64,000 bases of DNA from Fidelibacterota bacterium. Its GTDB lineage: Bacteria > Fidelibacterota > UBA2242. Location of the stretch: contig JBAZPZ010000003.1 in the NCBI GenBank assembly GCA_041645495.1, positions 849 to 64,848 of the forward strand, in the 5' to 3' direction. The stretch's first letter is position 1, and the number at the start of each line of letters is the position of its first letter. The translations under genes were made by a program, and so were the position numbers. This document shows positions 50,467 to 60,647 of the stretch, piece after piece. The notes beneath the pieces were generated by a model, which was given only the letters and a program-made list of their open reading frames with translations, was not told where the DNA came from and did no database searches.

Positions 50467-51372
50467 ATGTCAAATTCGGTACTGGTCGTCGGCTCGGTTG
50501 CCTTCGACGATGTCGAAACGCCTTTCGGAAAGCGCGTCGATGCGATTGGCGGCTCGGCGGTTTACTTCTCGGTTGCGGCTTCACATTTTTCCGACGTTCG
50601 GCTCGTCGGTGTTGCCGGAAACGATTTCCCGAAAGAAACCGTCGCGCTTCTGAAAAAACACCGCGTCGATCTGGAAGGATTGGAAATCGCCGACGGAAAA
50701 ACCTTCCGGTGGGGCGGAAAATATTATTCCGACGTCAATAAACGCGACACGCTCTACACCGATTTAAACGTGTTTGCCTCGTTCGAGCCGAAGATTCCCG
50801 AAACCTACTGCCAGACGCCGTTCGTCTTCCTCGGAAACATTCAGCCTGCGCTTCAGGCAGATGTTTTGAATAAAATACAAAAACCGAAATTTGTCGCATT
50901 GGACACCATGAATCTTTGGATTCACACAACCCGCGACGATCTGATGAAAGTCATTCGCCGCGTCGATCTGTTATTCATCAACGACACCGAACTCGCCGAA
51001 CTGACCGGCGAAAACAATCCTTATTCAGGCTTGCGGAAACTCCACGAACTCGGTTTGACCTACATCGTTTTGAAAAAAGGCGAACACGGCGCGATGATCA
51101 GCAACGGAAGATCACTTTTCTTTTCACCGGCTTTTCCTGTCTTTCAGCCGACCGATCCAACCGGCGCGGGCGATTCGTTCGCCGGCGGCTTCATGGGATT
51201 TCTGACCGCTAACGGCGGCGCCAACTGGCGCGTTCTGAAAAAAGCGCTTATCTACGGCTCTGTGATGGGTTCACTCTGCGTCGAGCAGTTTAGTGTCGAT
51301 GGACTCCTGAACCTCCGGCACGAGGCGATTCAGGCGCGATTCGATTACCTCCGAAAACTTGTAACCTTGTAA
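50467..51372 (+). CDS. PfkB-family sugar/nucleoside kinase (ribokinase-like)
   Basis: Start MSNSVLVVGS. The C-terminal PfkB signature DPTGAGDSFAGGF is present. Confidence 0.75.
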   Translation: MSNSVLVVGSVAFDDVETPFGKRVDAIGGSAVYFSVAASHFSDVRLVGVAGNDFPKETVALLKKHRVDLEGLEIADGKTFRWGGKYYSDVNKRDTLYTDLNVFASFEPKIPETYCQTPFVFLGNIQPALQADVLNKIQKPKFVALDTMNLWIHTTRDDLMKVIRRVDLLFINDTELAELTGENNPYSGLRKLHELGLTYIVLKKGEHGAMISNGRSLFFSPAFPVFQPTDPTGAGDSFAGGFMGFLTANGGANWRVLKKALIYGSVMGSLCVEQFSVDGLLNLRHEAIQARFDYLRKLVTL

Positions 51373-51376
51373 ACCG

Positions 51377-52390
51377 ATGATCCGACCGATATTCTGGGAA
51401 GACGAACGACTCTACATTATCGACCAAACGCTGTTGCCGATCGAATATCGCGTCGTCGAAATCCACGATCATTTCGAAATGGCAGACGCCATCCGGCGAT
51501 TGGCTATCCGCGGCGCGCCTGCGATCGGAATTGCCAGCGCTTACGGACTCATTCTTGGACTTCGTCCACTCATTTATTCGTCGAATAAATCCTTCTTCTT
51601 CTCATTAAATCAAATTTCCGAATTGTTACTGGACACACGACCGACCGCCGTCAACATTCGCTGGGCGTTGAAACGCATGAAAGACCACGCATTGTCGATC
51701 CGGAATCAACCGTTACCGGAATTATGGCGCTCTCTGCTTCATGAAGCGCGGAAAATTCAGGACGAAGACATCGCCAATTGCCATAAAATCGCCAAATACG
51801 GCGCCGAACTTCTGCCGGAAGACGCAACCGTCCTGACGCACTGCAACGCGGGCGGTTTGGCGACCGGCGGCTTTGGAACCGCACTGGGAATCATCATTCA
51901 CGGATTTCAAATAGGAAAAATACTGCACGTTTTTGTCGATGAAACACGTCCTCTGCTTCAGGGCGCCCGGCTCACCGCGTGGGAATTGACGGAGGAAAAC
52001 GTTCCATTCACGTTGATCACCGACAACATGGCGGCATCGATCATGAAAACGAAGAAGATCGACGCCATCATCGTCGGCGCCGACCGGATCGCCGCCAATT
52101 ACGATACGGCAAACAAGATCGGCACGCTCAGTCTCGCGATCTCAGCGAAGTATTTTAAAATTCCTTTCTATGTCGCCGCACCGTTTTCGACTTTTGACGA
52201 CAAAATTGCCGACGGCAGTTCCATCGTTGTCGAAGAACGCAACGGCGACGAAGTGCGTAATGTCTTTGGGCATCGAGTTGTCCCCGATTCTTATCCGGCG
52301 ATTTCGCCCGCCTTCGATGTCACGCCGCACGAACTCATTACCGCGGTCGTCACGGAGAGAGGCGTCTTTCGACCGGCGAAAAGTAAGTAG
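51377..52390 (+). CDS. mtnA: S-methyl-5-thioribose-1-phosphate isomerase (eIF2B-like family)
   Basis: 337 aa, typical MtnA/eIF-2B alpha-like sequence (HCNAGGLATGGFGTALG). Confidence 0.75.
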   Translation: MIRPIFWEDERLYIIDQTLLPIEYRVVEIHDHFEMADAIRRLAIRGAPAIGIASAYGLILGLRPLIYSSNKSFFFSLNQISELLLDTRPTAVNIRWALKRMKDHALSIRNQPLPELWRSLLHEARKIQDEDIANCHKIAKYGAELLPEDATVLTHCNAGGLATGGFGTALGIIIHGFQIGKILHVFVDETRPLLQGARLTAWELTEENVPFTLITDNMAASIMKTKKIDAIIVGADRIAANYDTANKIGTLSLAISAKYFKIPFYVAAPFSTFDDKIADGSSIVVEERNGDEVRNVFGHRVVPDSYPAISPAFDVTPHELITAVVTERGVFRPAKSK

Positions 52391-52441
52391 GTTGATTCAG
52401 TAGAATAGGTTGGATTCGGTTGATTGTGGTAAGTATTCTGT

Positions 52442-52467
52442 TCCGTCAGGTTCTCAAACCTGACGGA
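52442..52467 (+). terminator. Perfect hairpin TCCGTCAGGTT-ctca-AACCTGACGGA downstream of mtnA
   Basis: 11-bp stem with a 4-nt loop, 50 nt after the mtnA stop. It is paired with a related inverted copy at 52499-52518. Confidence 0.45.
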
Positions 52468-52498
52468 TTCAAGGGTGCTGTGCCGGACAGCGCTCTGC

Positions 52499-52518
52499 GT
52501 CAGATTTGAGAATCTGAC
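52499..52518. terminator. Second hairpin GTCAGATT-tgag-AATCTGAC, near reverse complement of the first
   Basis: 8-bp stem. Its sequence is about the reverse complement of hairpin 1. Likely the partner of a bidirectional terminator between originally convergent mtnA and tyrA. Confidence 0.35.
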
Positions 52519-52593
52519 ACAACGGAGAATTTTGTCTTAAACTACTTCCATAATCTTAGAATATAATTTAGGTCGAGCGTTTTGACGTAATCT

Positions 52594-53635
52594 GGGTTAA
52601 TGGAACATTTTAGCTGCTAAATATTTTTTAATTCGCTGATTTATACCAAGTTACCGGAAAAATATTTTTAAGGAAAAATAATATGGCAAAAAAAATGTCC
52701 GTTTTGTGGTCACCAAAGAGTAAAAAAATGCGGTAAAAATAGCACTGGAAAACAACGATATTACTGTTTGGATTGCCATAAATATTTTCAACGTCATAAA
52801 TCCAAAAAGACCATCCCGACCAGTCGGGATCAAATCTGGCACAAATATGTATGGGAACGACAGACCTTATCAGATCTGACATGTGAGTATAATCGCAGTA
52901 ATAAATGGCTCAGGAAGCAGATATTCGGAATAAAAGTAAGACGCCCTAAGATCAACCCTTGCACAGTCGTAGTTGAAGCAGATAAGACCTTTTTCAACAG
53001 GCGTGAAGGTCTCTGCCTATTTCACGCTCCCGCTTTAAAAAGAACCATTGCTTATGCCTTCATTGAAACCGAAACAGCCTCCATTTACAGGCGTTTGAGA
53101 GAAACGATTCAAGGTTTTGGATTTACTCTGTTGGCAGCTGTCGTCGACGGCAGAAAGGGTATCAAGGAAGTGTTTGATGATGTTCCTGTTCAGATGTGTC
53201 AATTTCACCAATTGATGATACTTAGACGGTATTTGACGATGAATCCGCGTTTAGAAGCCGGGAGGGAATTAAGAGAAATAAGCAGGGATTTGTGTAAAGT
53301 TGAGCGATTAGAATTTGAACAACGTTTCATAAAGTGGAATGAAAAATGGGATGATTTTTTGAAAGAAAAAACCGTTATCGAAGATGTTAAGTGGCATTAT
53401 ACTCATAAACGTTTGCGATCAGCCAGACGTAGTCTAATGACCAATTTACCTTACCTTTTTTCGTACCAGGATTATCCGGAACTTTCCATTCCTAACACAA
53501 TAAATTATGCCGAAAGTTTTAATGCCCGACTTAAAGAATTGCTCAGAGTCCACCGCGGTTTTAGTAGACCGTTAAAACGTAAGATTATAAGTGAAATTTT
53601 GGCGATTTAGCAGCTAAAAAGTTCCATTAACCCCC
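52594..53635 (+). mobile_element. Insertion sequence (about 1.04 kb), IS1/IS1595-like, with imperfect terminal inverted repeats
   Basis: Left inverted repeat GGGTTAATGGAACATTTTAGCTGCTAAAT (52594-52622). Right end 53605-53635 is its reverse complement (GGGGGTTAATGGAACTTTTTAGCTGCTAAAT), about 27 of 29 matching. It encloses a single transposase gene. No clear target-site duplication was seen. Confidence 0.75.
52683..53610 (+). pseudogene. IS1/IS1595-family transposase, interrupted by a +1 frameshift in an A8 homopolymer (52688-52695)
   Basis: ATG at 52683 opens MAKK, then the frame is lost. With A7 the product would read MAKKCPFCGHQRVKKCGKNSTGKQRYYCLDCHKYF (N-terminal zinc ribbon) continuous with the 280-aa ORF at 52768-53610. 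The C-terminal block NTINYAESFNARLKELLRVHRGFSRPLKRKI resembles the IS1 InsB / IS1595 terminal motif. The ORF ends inside the right inverted repeat. Confidence 0.65.
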
Positions 53636-53653
53636 AAATTTATAGAGTGAGAT

Positions 53654-54427
53654 TTATCGAATATTTTCTCGCAAACCGTCGAGGAATTTCTTCATCTCTT
53701 CGTAATCTCGTCCGCGGATGATGTGCGTCAGATAGGCGAGTTGCGAATTGATCCGCTCGATCTGTTTGAGCGTCTTGGGATTGAACAGCACTTCCGATAG
53801 CAGAAAATCATCCTCGGAAAGCAGACCGCGCGCGATGTCCATGTGCTTTTTAAAAGTCGTTCCCGGCGCCTTCTGATTCTTCAAACACGCGGCAAAGACC
53901 AACGACGACGAGAACGGCGTTCCCAGCGAATAAGCAGTCGTCTCGTCATGTTCTTCAAATGAATATTCGAAAATGTTCAGTTTGAGATTTTGGTAGAAAT
54001 TCCGGAAGAAGGCTTTCCCGTCTTCATCCGACTCGCTGATGATAATAGCGTTTTCGTTGCGCAAATCACGAATATTTGCGAATGTCGGGCCGAACATCGG
54101 ATGCGTGGAGACAAATCGTCTGCCGGATCGTTGGTAATATTGATAAATGCCGTTTTTTACCGACGTGATGTCCGAGAGCATGCAATTCGCCGGAAGAAAC
54201 GGAAGCGCGGCGTCAAACGCCTCGATTGTATTTTTCAGCGTCACCGCATTGATAAGCAGTTCCGGCTGAAACGCCTCGATTTCCGACAATTCCAGAAACC
54301 GGGTGACATTGATAAAATATTTCAATTTTTTCGGATCGGTATCGAAAACCGCAACGTCATGATCGTGACAGAATTCCTCGACCAACCATGCGCCCATGCG
54401 ACCGGCGCCCATAATGACAATTCTCAT
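53654..54427 (-). CDS. tyrA: Prephenate dehydrogenase
   Basis: Start MRIVIMGAGRMGAWL (Rossmann fold), with the VSTHPMFGP motif. Confidence 0.8.
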   Translation of the reverse strand: MRIVIMGAGRMGAWLVEEFCHDHDVAVFDTDPKKLKYFINVTRFLELSEIEAFQPELLINAVTLKNTIEAFDAALPFLPANCMLSDITSVKNGIYQYYQRSGRRFVSTHPMFGPTFANIRDLRNENAIIISESDEDGKAFFRNFYQNLKLNIFEYSFEEHDETTAYSLGTPFSSSLVFAACLKNQKAPGTTFKKHMDIARGLLSEDDFLLSEVLFNPKTLKQIERINSQLAYLTHIIRGRDYEEMKKFLDGLRENIR

Positions 54428-55479
54428 GCAATTTTCCTTTCTTTGTAACACCCGATCAACCGCAGACTGCCGGTCATCTCGCCGACTTTTTTCAGCGCCG
54501 CTTCTACTTTCTCGTCATGTTCCGAGCCGACGAAATCCAGAAAGAACGAATACTCGCCCAACTGTCCGGGAATGGATTCGATTCGCGTCAGATTGATGCC
54601 CGCTTTGGCAAAAATCTCGAGAACGTTAAACAGCGTTCCCGCCTTGTGTTCAGTTGAAAAAATGATACTGCACTTTTCGCCCTCTCCGTCGAATTTCTCG
54701 CGGGAAAGAATGAGAAAACGCGTACGGTTCGTGCTGAGGTCTTCAACACTTTCCTTGATGATCTCGAGGTTGTAAAGTTCTGCCGCGAGTTTACTGGCAA
54801 TGACCGCATAGCCTTTCAGATTTTTTTCAGCCAGCATGCGCGCCGCGCCGGCTGTGTCGTAATACGAAATCGGTTCGAGTTTATTCCTCGCGAGAAAATG
54901 TTTGCACTGCGAAAGCGCCTGCGAATGCGAATAGACGCTCCTAATTTCCCGGTGATCGGCTCCGGGAACGATCATCAGGCAATGCGAAACCGGCATTTCG
55001 ATCGCGCCGACGACGAACAGATCGGTCTGCAGAAGAAGATCGTTGACAGGACCGACGACTCCGCCCAGCGTATTTTCAACCGGAACGATCCCAAAATCAT
55101 ACCAGCCGGATGCTACGCCATCAAATACATCTGTAAATTCCTTGCAGGGAATTCCGACATATTTTTCATTCCAAAAAAGTGCCGCCAACTCACTGTACGC
55201 ACCATGTTCGCCCTGAAATCCGATGAGTTTGTGATCGATTTTCTGTAAACGCTTGCTCTCGCCAATGATCTCGGAAAAGATTTGCTTCAGCAACTCTACC
55301 TGAAAAAGATGCTTGGTGCGGTTGGAAATTTTATCCAATATTTCCTTCTCGCGCTGTGGATCTTCGATTTCAGTTTTGAAGCGTTTGGCGAGGATCGCCA
55401 TTTCCATTCGATCGTTCAAATTCTGGATGATTTTCCCGTCGAGGATATCGATCTGTTTTCTGATTTCCTTTAATTCCAT
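54424..55479 (-). CDS. pheA: Bifunctional chorismate mutase / prephenate dehydratase (P-protein)
   Basis: 351 aa. N-terminal chorismate mutase helix, then prephenate dehydratase (VAFQGEHGAYSE) and an ACT domain with ESRP-like ending. Confidence 0.85.
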   Translation of the reverse strand: MELKEIRKQIDILDGKIIQNLNDRMEMAILAKRFKTEIEDPQREKEILDKISNRTKHLFQVELLKQIFSEIIGESKRLQKIDHKLIGFQGEHGAYSELAALFWNEKYVGIPCKEFTDVFDGVASGWYDFGIVPVENTLGGVVGPVNDLLLQTDLFVVGAIEMPVSHCLMIVPGADHREIRSVYSHSQALSQCKHFLARNKLEPISYYDTAGAARMLAEKNLKGYAVIASKLAAELYNLEIIKESVEDLSTNRTRFLILSREKFDGEGEKCSIIFSTEHKAGTLFNVLEIFAKAGINLTRIESIPGQLGEYSFFLDFVGSEHDEKVEAALKKVGEMTGSLRLIGCYKERKIA

Positions 55480-55481
55480 CT

Positions 55482-56474
55482 CTACTCCAATCGTCTTGCT
55501 ATTTTCTGTTCCAACAAAAAGAGGTCGGTCAAAACGATCGCCGCGGCGGCTTCGATAATGACCGGCATTCTGAGCGCAATACAGGCGTCATGCCGTCCCG
55601 AAATCGACAAATCCACCATTTCGCCGGTTGCAAAATTCAGCGTGCGTTGGGATTTGGAAATGCTCGATGTCGGCTTGACCGCCACCCGAAAAATGATGTC
55701 GTTTCCGTTCGTGATGCCGCCGTTGATTCCGCCTGCATAATTGGTCGATGTCGTTCCGTTTTTGTCGATAAACGGATCATTGTGCGCCGATCCGCACATG
55801 TTGGCGGCTTGAAATCCTGAACCGAATTCGATCGCTTTGATCCCGGGAATCGAAAAGACGATGTGCGAAATGAGCGATTCCACCGAATCAAAAAACGGCT
55901 CGCCCAATCTAATTGGAACGCCTTGAATCCGGCACTCTATCAATCCGCCGACCGAATCGCCGTCCACTCTCACTTTTTCAATAATTTCTTCAAAATCCGT
56001 CTCACCACCAATCTCTAAAATTTGTGCGTTAATCGTTGTCGGCAAAATCAGTTTCTTCGCGATGGCGCCCGCGGCGACAAGTCCCAATGTCAGTCGTCCG
56101 GAAAAATGTCCTCCGCCGCGAACATCGTTGAATCCGCCGAATTTCCAGTCTGCCGTGAAATCGGCATGTCCGGGACGGGGAATCTCGCGAAACGCCTGAT
56201 AACTTTCCGGGTGAACATCCTGATTTTTAAAAACAATGGTAATCGGACTGCCGGTCGTGCGGCCGTTCAGAACGCCGCTGGTTATTTCCGGAAAATCGGA
56301 TTCAGCGCGTGCCGTCGTCCCAACACCGCCGCTTTTTCGGCGGCTGATTTCCAACATCAAATCGTTTTCCGTGATGCGTAAACCCGCCGGACAGCCGTCG
56401 ATAATCACGCCGACTCCCGCGCCGTGCGATTCCCCAAAAACCTGAATTCTAAAAAGCCGACCAAAACTATTCAT
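55482..56474 (-). CDS. aroC: Chorismate synthase
   Basis: 330 aa with FGESHG at the N-terminus and the signature block GRSSARET-like / RPGHAD. Confidence 0.85.
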   Translation of the reverse strand: MNSFGRLFRIQVFGESHGAGVGVIIDGCPAGLRITENDLMLEISRRKSGGVGTTARAESDFPEITSGVLNGRTTGSPITIVFKNQDVHPESYQAFREIPRPGHADFTADWKFGGFNDVRGGGHFSGRLTLGLVAAGAIAKKLILPTTINAQILEIGGETDFEEIIEKVRVDGDSVGGLIECRIQGVPIRLGEPFFDSVESLISHIVFSIPGIKAIEFGSGFQAANMCGSAHNDPFIDKNGTTSTNYAGGINGGITNGNDIIFRVAVKPTSSISKSQRTLNFATGEMVDLSISGRHDACIALRMPVIIEAAAAIVLTDLFLLEQKIARRLE

Positions 56475-57714
56475 CGATCTGTCCTCCGATGGATTTTAAA
56501 TCTTCAAAAAAAGCCGGATAAGATTTTGCAACGCATTCTGCCGCCTCAACCGTCACTGTTGATTCCGCCGTCAAACCGGCAATCGCCGCCGACATCGCGA
56601 TCCGGTGATCGCCGTGCGAAAAAACGCGACCGCCGGCAATTTTTCCGCCTGAAATGATCATTTCGTCTTTCTGAATCGTGACCGAAACACCGAGCGAACC
56701 GAACACACTTTTCAGCGCCTCCGCGCGATCGCTCTCTTTATGTATCAACCGGCTCACGCCGTGAATGACCGAGCATCCGTCGCAATTCGCCGCCAACGCA
56801 ACCAGCGGTGGAAAAAGATCGGGACAGTCCGTCGCGTCGAATTCAAATGCCGCAAGCCGATTTTTCCGAACCGTCACGGAATTTTCACCAAATTTTATTT
56901 TTGCGCCAACCGACCGCAGAACGTCGATAATCATACGATCCGGTTGTTTGGAAACGCTGGAAATGCCTTCGACTGTCACCGAACCGGCGATCGCGCCCGC
57001 AACCAGCAAAAACGCGGCTCCGCTCCAGTCGCCCTCGACAAAATAATCGCACGCCCGATAGCGCTGATTTCCCGGAATTAAAAACCGATCTTCACGTCGG
57101 TTGACATCTATTTGAAAAGCACGAAGAACTTCCAGCGTCAGATCGATGTAGGCCTTACTTTTCAGATTTGTCACATGGATTTCGGAATCGTTCTGCGCCA
57201 ACGGAAGCGCCATCAGCAAGCCGGTTAAAAATTGCGAACTGAGCGAACCATCGACTTCGGTTTTACCGCCGCGAATTGGTCCGCGAATCCGAACCGGCAA
57301 ATAGCCATTTTCAGTTGAGCAAAACGCACCCAAATCCGCAAGCGGCGATTCCATATTTGGTAACGGACGCCGTTTGAGTGAATCTTCGCCGGTCAACGTC
57401 AATTCGTCCGATTCTAACGCGCAGATCGGCGTGAACATTCTGAGGCAAAGTCCCGACTCGCCGCAATTCAGCGTTTTTTCTATCGGAGAAATTCCACCGC
57501 GAATTGTTAGACGGTCGGCCGATTGAGCTACAGACGCGCCCAATCCGCGAATGACAGACAACGCCGCCAGCGAATCCGCGCAAAACGTCGGATTGCGCAA
57601 AGTCGTCTCGCCGTCGGTCAGCAAGGCCGCGGCGATGGCTCTCTGCATCAGACTTTTCGATGCAGGCGCGCGCAGTTTTCCATTAATGACTGAATGTCGA
57701 ACCGACTTCTTCAT
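56467..57714 (-). CDS. aroA: 3-phosphoshikimate 1-carboxyvinyltransferase (EPSP synthase)
   Basis: 415 aa EPSP-synthase fold (LPASKSLMQRAIAAALL, GGISPIEKTLNCGESGLCLRMF). Confidence 0.85.
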   Translation of the reverse strand: MKKSVRHSVINGKLRAPASKSLMQRAIAAALLTDGETTLRNPTFCADSLAALSVIRGLGASVAQSADRLTIRGGISPIEKTLNCGESGLCLRMFTPICALESDELTLTGEDSLKRRPLPNMESPLADLGAFCSTENGYLPVRIRGPIRGGKTEVDGSLSSQFLTGLLMALPLAQNDSEIHVTNLKSKAYIDLTLEVLRAFQIDVNRREDRFLIPGNQRYRACDYFVEGDWSGAAFLLVAGAIAGSVTVEGISSVSKQPDRMIIDVLRSVGAKIKFGENSVTVRKNRLAAFEFDATDCPDLFPPLVALAANCDGCSVIHGVSRLIHKESDRAEALKSVFGSLGVSVTIQKDEMIISGGKIAGGRVFSHGDHRIAMSAAIAGLTAESTVTVEAAECVAKSYPAFFEDLKSIGGQIDE

Positions 57715-58987
57715 AAATCATTTCCGCCGTTTTTTGGAACGAACGATGGTCGTTAATCACGACGAGATCGGCGCACCCGGCGTACCATTCTTTTCGCATT
57801 TGAAATATTTTTTCCGCTTCGGCCGTCGCATCCGGCACGTTCAGCGACAAGAGCGGACGGCTCGTCAAATCGATTCTCGATAGCGCGGTTTCAACCGGCG
57901 CATAAATCCAGACGGCCAGACAATTATCGGCAAGTTGACTACGATTTTCCGGGCTGAGAACGACACCGCCGCCGCAGGAAATGACCGAGTGCTTTTTCCG
58001 GACGACCGATTGAATCGTCTTTTGCTCGATTTTCCGAAAAGCGGACTCGCCGAGTTCTGAGAAAATCTGCGGAATGGATTTGCCGGTTTTCGACACGACT
58101 TCTTCGTCGGTGTCAACATATTCCCACTCCAGTAATTTTGCCAGAGCCGTTCCGACCGCGCTTTTACCGGCGCCCATAAATCCGATAAGCGCAATATTTT
58201 TCACAGAAAATGTAGAATCGTCGATTTTCGGTAATTCGATTGCCCGTTGCGAACCGGTAAAATGGCGATAAGCGGGAATTGCCTGATACATCAACCAGGT
58301 TTCACCGCCGATAAAAGTCGCGCCGCGTTTCCCGGCTTTGTTTTTTAAAATTTCCGAATGATAGTTCGCATCAAACAAAACCTGATCCGGATTCAGCCAC
58401 TCGTCGGCTATGACGTCAATTCCGGTAGGAAGCGTCGAGACGATGATTTTCGCATTTTTCACTAAATCCACAAGATTTTCCATCGGTGCAAATTGACAGC
58501 CGAAAGATTTTGCGATTTCCTCCGCCTTTTCGACGGAACGATTGACCAGCGTAACATTCGCGCCGGATTTCACAAGTCCGAAAGTCGCGGCTCGACCCGC
58601 TCCGCCCGCTCCGATCACGATGGCAGAAATTCCCGACAATTCGATTTCCTGAGACCGCAAAGCGCCGGTCACGCCGTCGATGTCGGTGTTGAAACCGACC
58701 AATTTTCCGTCTCTCCGAACAACGGTATTCACCGCGTCCATTTTCCGGGCCGGTTCGGAAACCTCGTTCAGATAACGTAAAACGCTTTTTTTAAATGGCG
58801 CGGTGACGTTGTAACCGGAAATTCCAAGATCGTCCATGACCGAAATTGCTTCCGAAATTTTCCGGACCGCTAATCGCGTGTAGATCGATTCGCGGTTTTC
58901 CGATCGAAATAACTGCCGATAAATTTGCGGACTGCGACTATGCAAAACCGGATGTCCGACGATGGCGTAGATCGGTCTTTTAGACAC
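57683..58987 (-). CDS. aroE: Bifunctional shikimate dehydrogenase / shikimate kinase (AroE-AroK fusion)
   Basis: N-terminal YAIVGHPVLHSRSPQIYRQLF (AroE), Rossmann GAGGAGRA, and a C-terminal shikimate kinase P-loop IALIGFMGAGKSAVG. Proposed GTG start at 58987 overlaps the aroD stop. The ATG at 59071 would add an Arg/Lys-rich 28-aa extension overlapping aroD. Confidence 0.7.
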   Translation of the reverse strand: MSKRPIYAIVGHPVLHSRSPQIYRQLFRSENRESIYTRLAVRKISEAISVMDDLGISGYNVTAPFKKSVLRYLNEVSEPARKMDAVNTVVRRDGKLVGFNTDIDGVTGALRSQEIELSGISAIVIGAGGAGRAATFGLVKSGANVTLVNRSVEKAEEIAKSFGCQFAPMENLVDLVKNAKIIVSTLPTGIDVIADEWLNPDQVLFDANYHSEILKNKAGKRGATFIGGETWLMYQAIPAYRHFTGSQRAIELPKIDDSTFSVKNIALIGFMGAGKSAVGTALAKLLEWEYVDTDEEVVSKTGKSIPQIFSELGESAFRKIEQKTIQSVVRKKHSVISCGGGVVLSPENRSQLADNCLAVWIYAPVETALSRIDLTSRPLLSLNVPDATAEAEKIFQMRKEWYAGCADLVVINDHRSFQKTAEMIYEEVGSTFSH

Positions 58988-59621
58988 CGGCGATTTTCTC
59001 CATGATCGCGAGCATCTGCTTTTTTTCAAATTGTCCTTCGGCCGTCTCTTTTCCGACCGCTTTGGCGACATAGATGAACGGAGCGCCGAGAAACACTGCC
59101 GCTATCCGGGTAAACGCCCCGATCGAGCCCATCGCAAAGGCAATGATCGGATTCGCTCTTTGGTACAACGCCAAAATTCTGGCACAATCGGCTTTGTTCT
59201 GAGCGCGGCAGACGATTTTCGCAACATCGGCGCCCGACGAAAAACACCAATCTACGATTTGATCCAGTTCGGCGGAACTCGGCGTTTTTTCAAAATGATG
59301 ATAAGAAACGATGACCCGCGTTCCGTTTTCGCGTGCCGTCTTGACGACTTCGCTGACAAAATCTTCCGGAGAATCGACCTCGACATCGACGAATGCGGCG
59401 CCTGACCGAATCGCCTCGATTAAAAATGCTTTCCGCTGTTCATCGGTGTAAACTCCAAACCGACAGGTGGCGATGAGTTTGCACCGAATAGAAAAAATGC
59501 GACGGATATCATCAAGTCGAAGATTTTCAATGGCGTCGAGACGAATCTCGGCAAATTCTTCGTCCTTCAGACTTTTGGCAACAAGGTCGGGCGTCTGCTC
59601 GGCAATGCTAACGCAGATCAT
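58980..59621 (-). CDS. aroD: 3-dehydroquinate dehydratase, type I
   Basis: 213 aa, type I DHQase fold with the Schiff-base lysine region. Confidence 0.8.
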   Translation of the reverse strand: MICVSIAEQTPDLVAKSLKDEEFAEIRLDAIENLRLDDIRRIFSIRCKLIATCRFGVYTDEQRKAFLIEAIRSGAAFVDVEVDSPEDFVSEVVKTARENGTRVIVSYHHFEKTPSSAELDQIVDWCFSSGADVAKIVCRAQNKADCARILALYQRANPIIAFAMGSIGAFTRIAAVFLGAPFIYVAKAVGKETAEGQFEKKQMLAIMEKIAGV

Positions 59622-60636
59622 CGAGAAATTCCTCCAATTCAGCCAATCTCACAGGTTCAGTTCGGGCTTCGCCAATGTCATGCAAAAAGACAAAATGCAG
59701 GTTTTCGTTCTCGCGTTTTTTGTCTTTTCGCATCGCCTGAACAATGGCGTCTCTTTGTAACGAGATGTCAGTCGGTAAACCGATCTTTGTCAGGAGATTT
59801 TTTAACCGCGTCGATTGTTCCGGCTGAAGATAGCGGCGCTTTGCTGACAAGTCAGCCGCCAAACACATGCCGATACTGACCGATTCGCCGTGCGTCAGCC
59901 CCGCAACTTTTTCGATCGCATGACCAAATGTATGACCGAAATTAAGCAGACGGCGCTGACCAGATTCTTTCTCGTCGTGAGTGACAATTTCCGTCTTGAT
60001 CCGGACACAATCGGCGACGATTTTTTCCATCACATCGGAATCGAGCGACAAGGCTTTTTCGAGATTTTTTTCCAAAAATGCAAACAAACCGGCGTCGCGG
60101 ATCGCCGCCGTCTTGACGATCTCGGCAAAACCGCTTTTCACTTCCTCCACCGATAAAGTTCGCAACATTTCCAAATCGCAAATGACGAATCGCGGCTGGC
60201 GAATTGTCCCGACGAGGTTTTTGTATCCGGAAAAATTGACGCCGTTCTTGCCGCCGATTGCCGCGTCAACCTGCGCCAAAACCGTTGAAGCAACAAATCC
60301 GTAATCGATGCCGCGCAGAAAAGTCGAGCCGACAAAACCGGTCACGTCGGTCACGATTCCGCCGCCGATTCCAAGTAAATAAGTTGAACGATCCGCCTCC
60401 AAATCAATCAATTCACGATAAACACGGTTGACCGTCTCTAAATTTTTATTCGCCTCGCCGGTTTCGATCTCGATGACCGAAAAATCCGGAAATTGTCCGC
60501 GATAAAACGAAGCGACGCGTCGATCGGTCAGAATGATCGTCCGCTTTGCCGGGAGATAATTCCGGACATTTTTCAAAGACTCCGCGATGAAGATTTCGCA
60601 GGAACCGCCGGTCGTTTTAAGCGTCAGTCGTTTCAT
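59608..60636 (-). CDS. aroB: 3-dehydroquinate synthase
   Basis: 342 aa with the NAD/metal motifs (GGGIVTDVTGFVGSTFLRGI, HTFGHAIE). Confidence 0.85.
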   Translation of the reverse strand: MKRLTLKTTGGSCEIFIAESLKNVRNYLPAKRTIILTDRRVASFYRGQFPDFSVIEIETGEANKNLETVNRVYRELIDLEADRSTYLLGIGGGIVTDVTGFVGSTFLRGIDYGFVASTVLAQVDAAIGGKNGVNFSGYKNLVGTIRQPRFVICDLEMLRTLSVEEVKSGFAEIVKTAAIRDAGLFAFLEKNLEKALSLDSDVMEKIVADCVRIKTEIVTHDEKESGQRRLLNFGHTFGHAIEKVAGLTHGESVSIGMCLAADLSAKRRYLQPEQSTRLKNLLTKIGLPTDISLQRDAIVQAMRKDKKRENENLHFVFLHDIGEARTEPVRLAELEEFLDDLR

Positions 60637-60647
60637 CTTTTTTCAAG

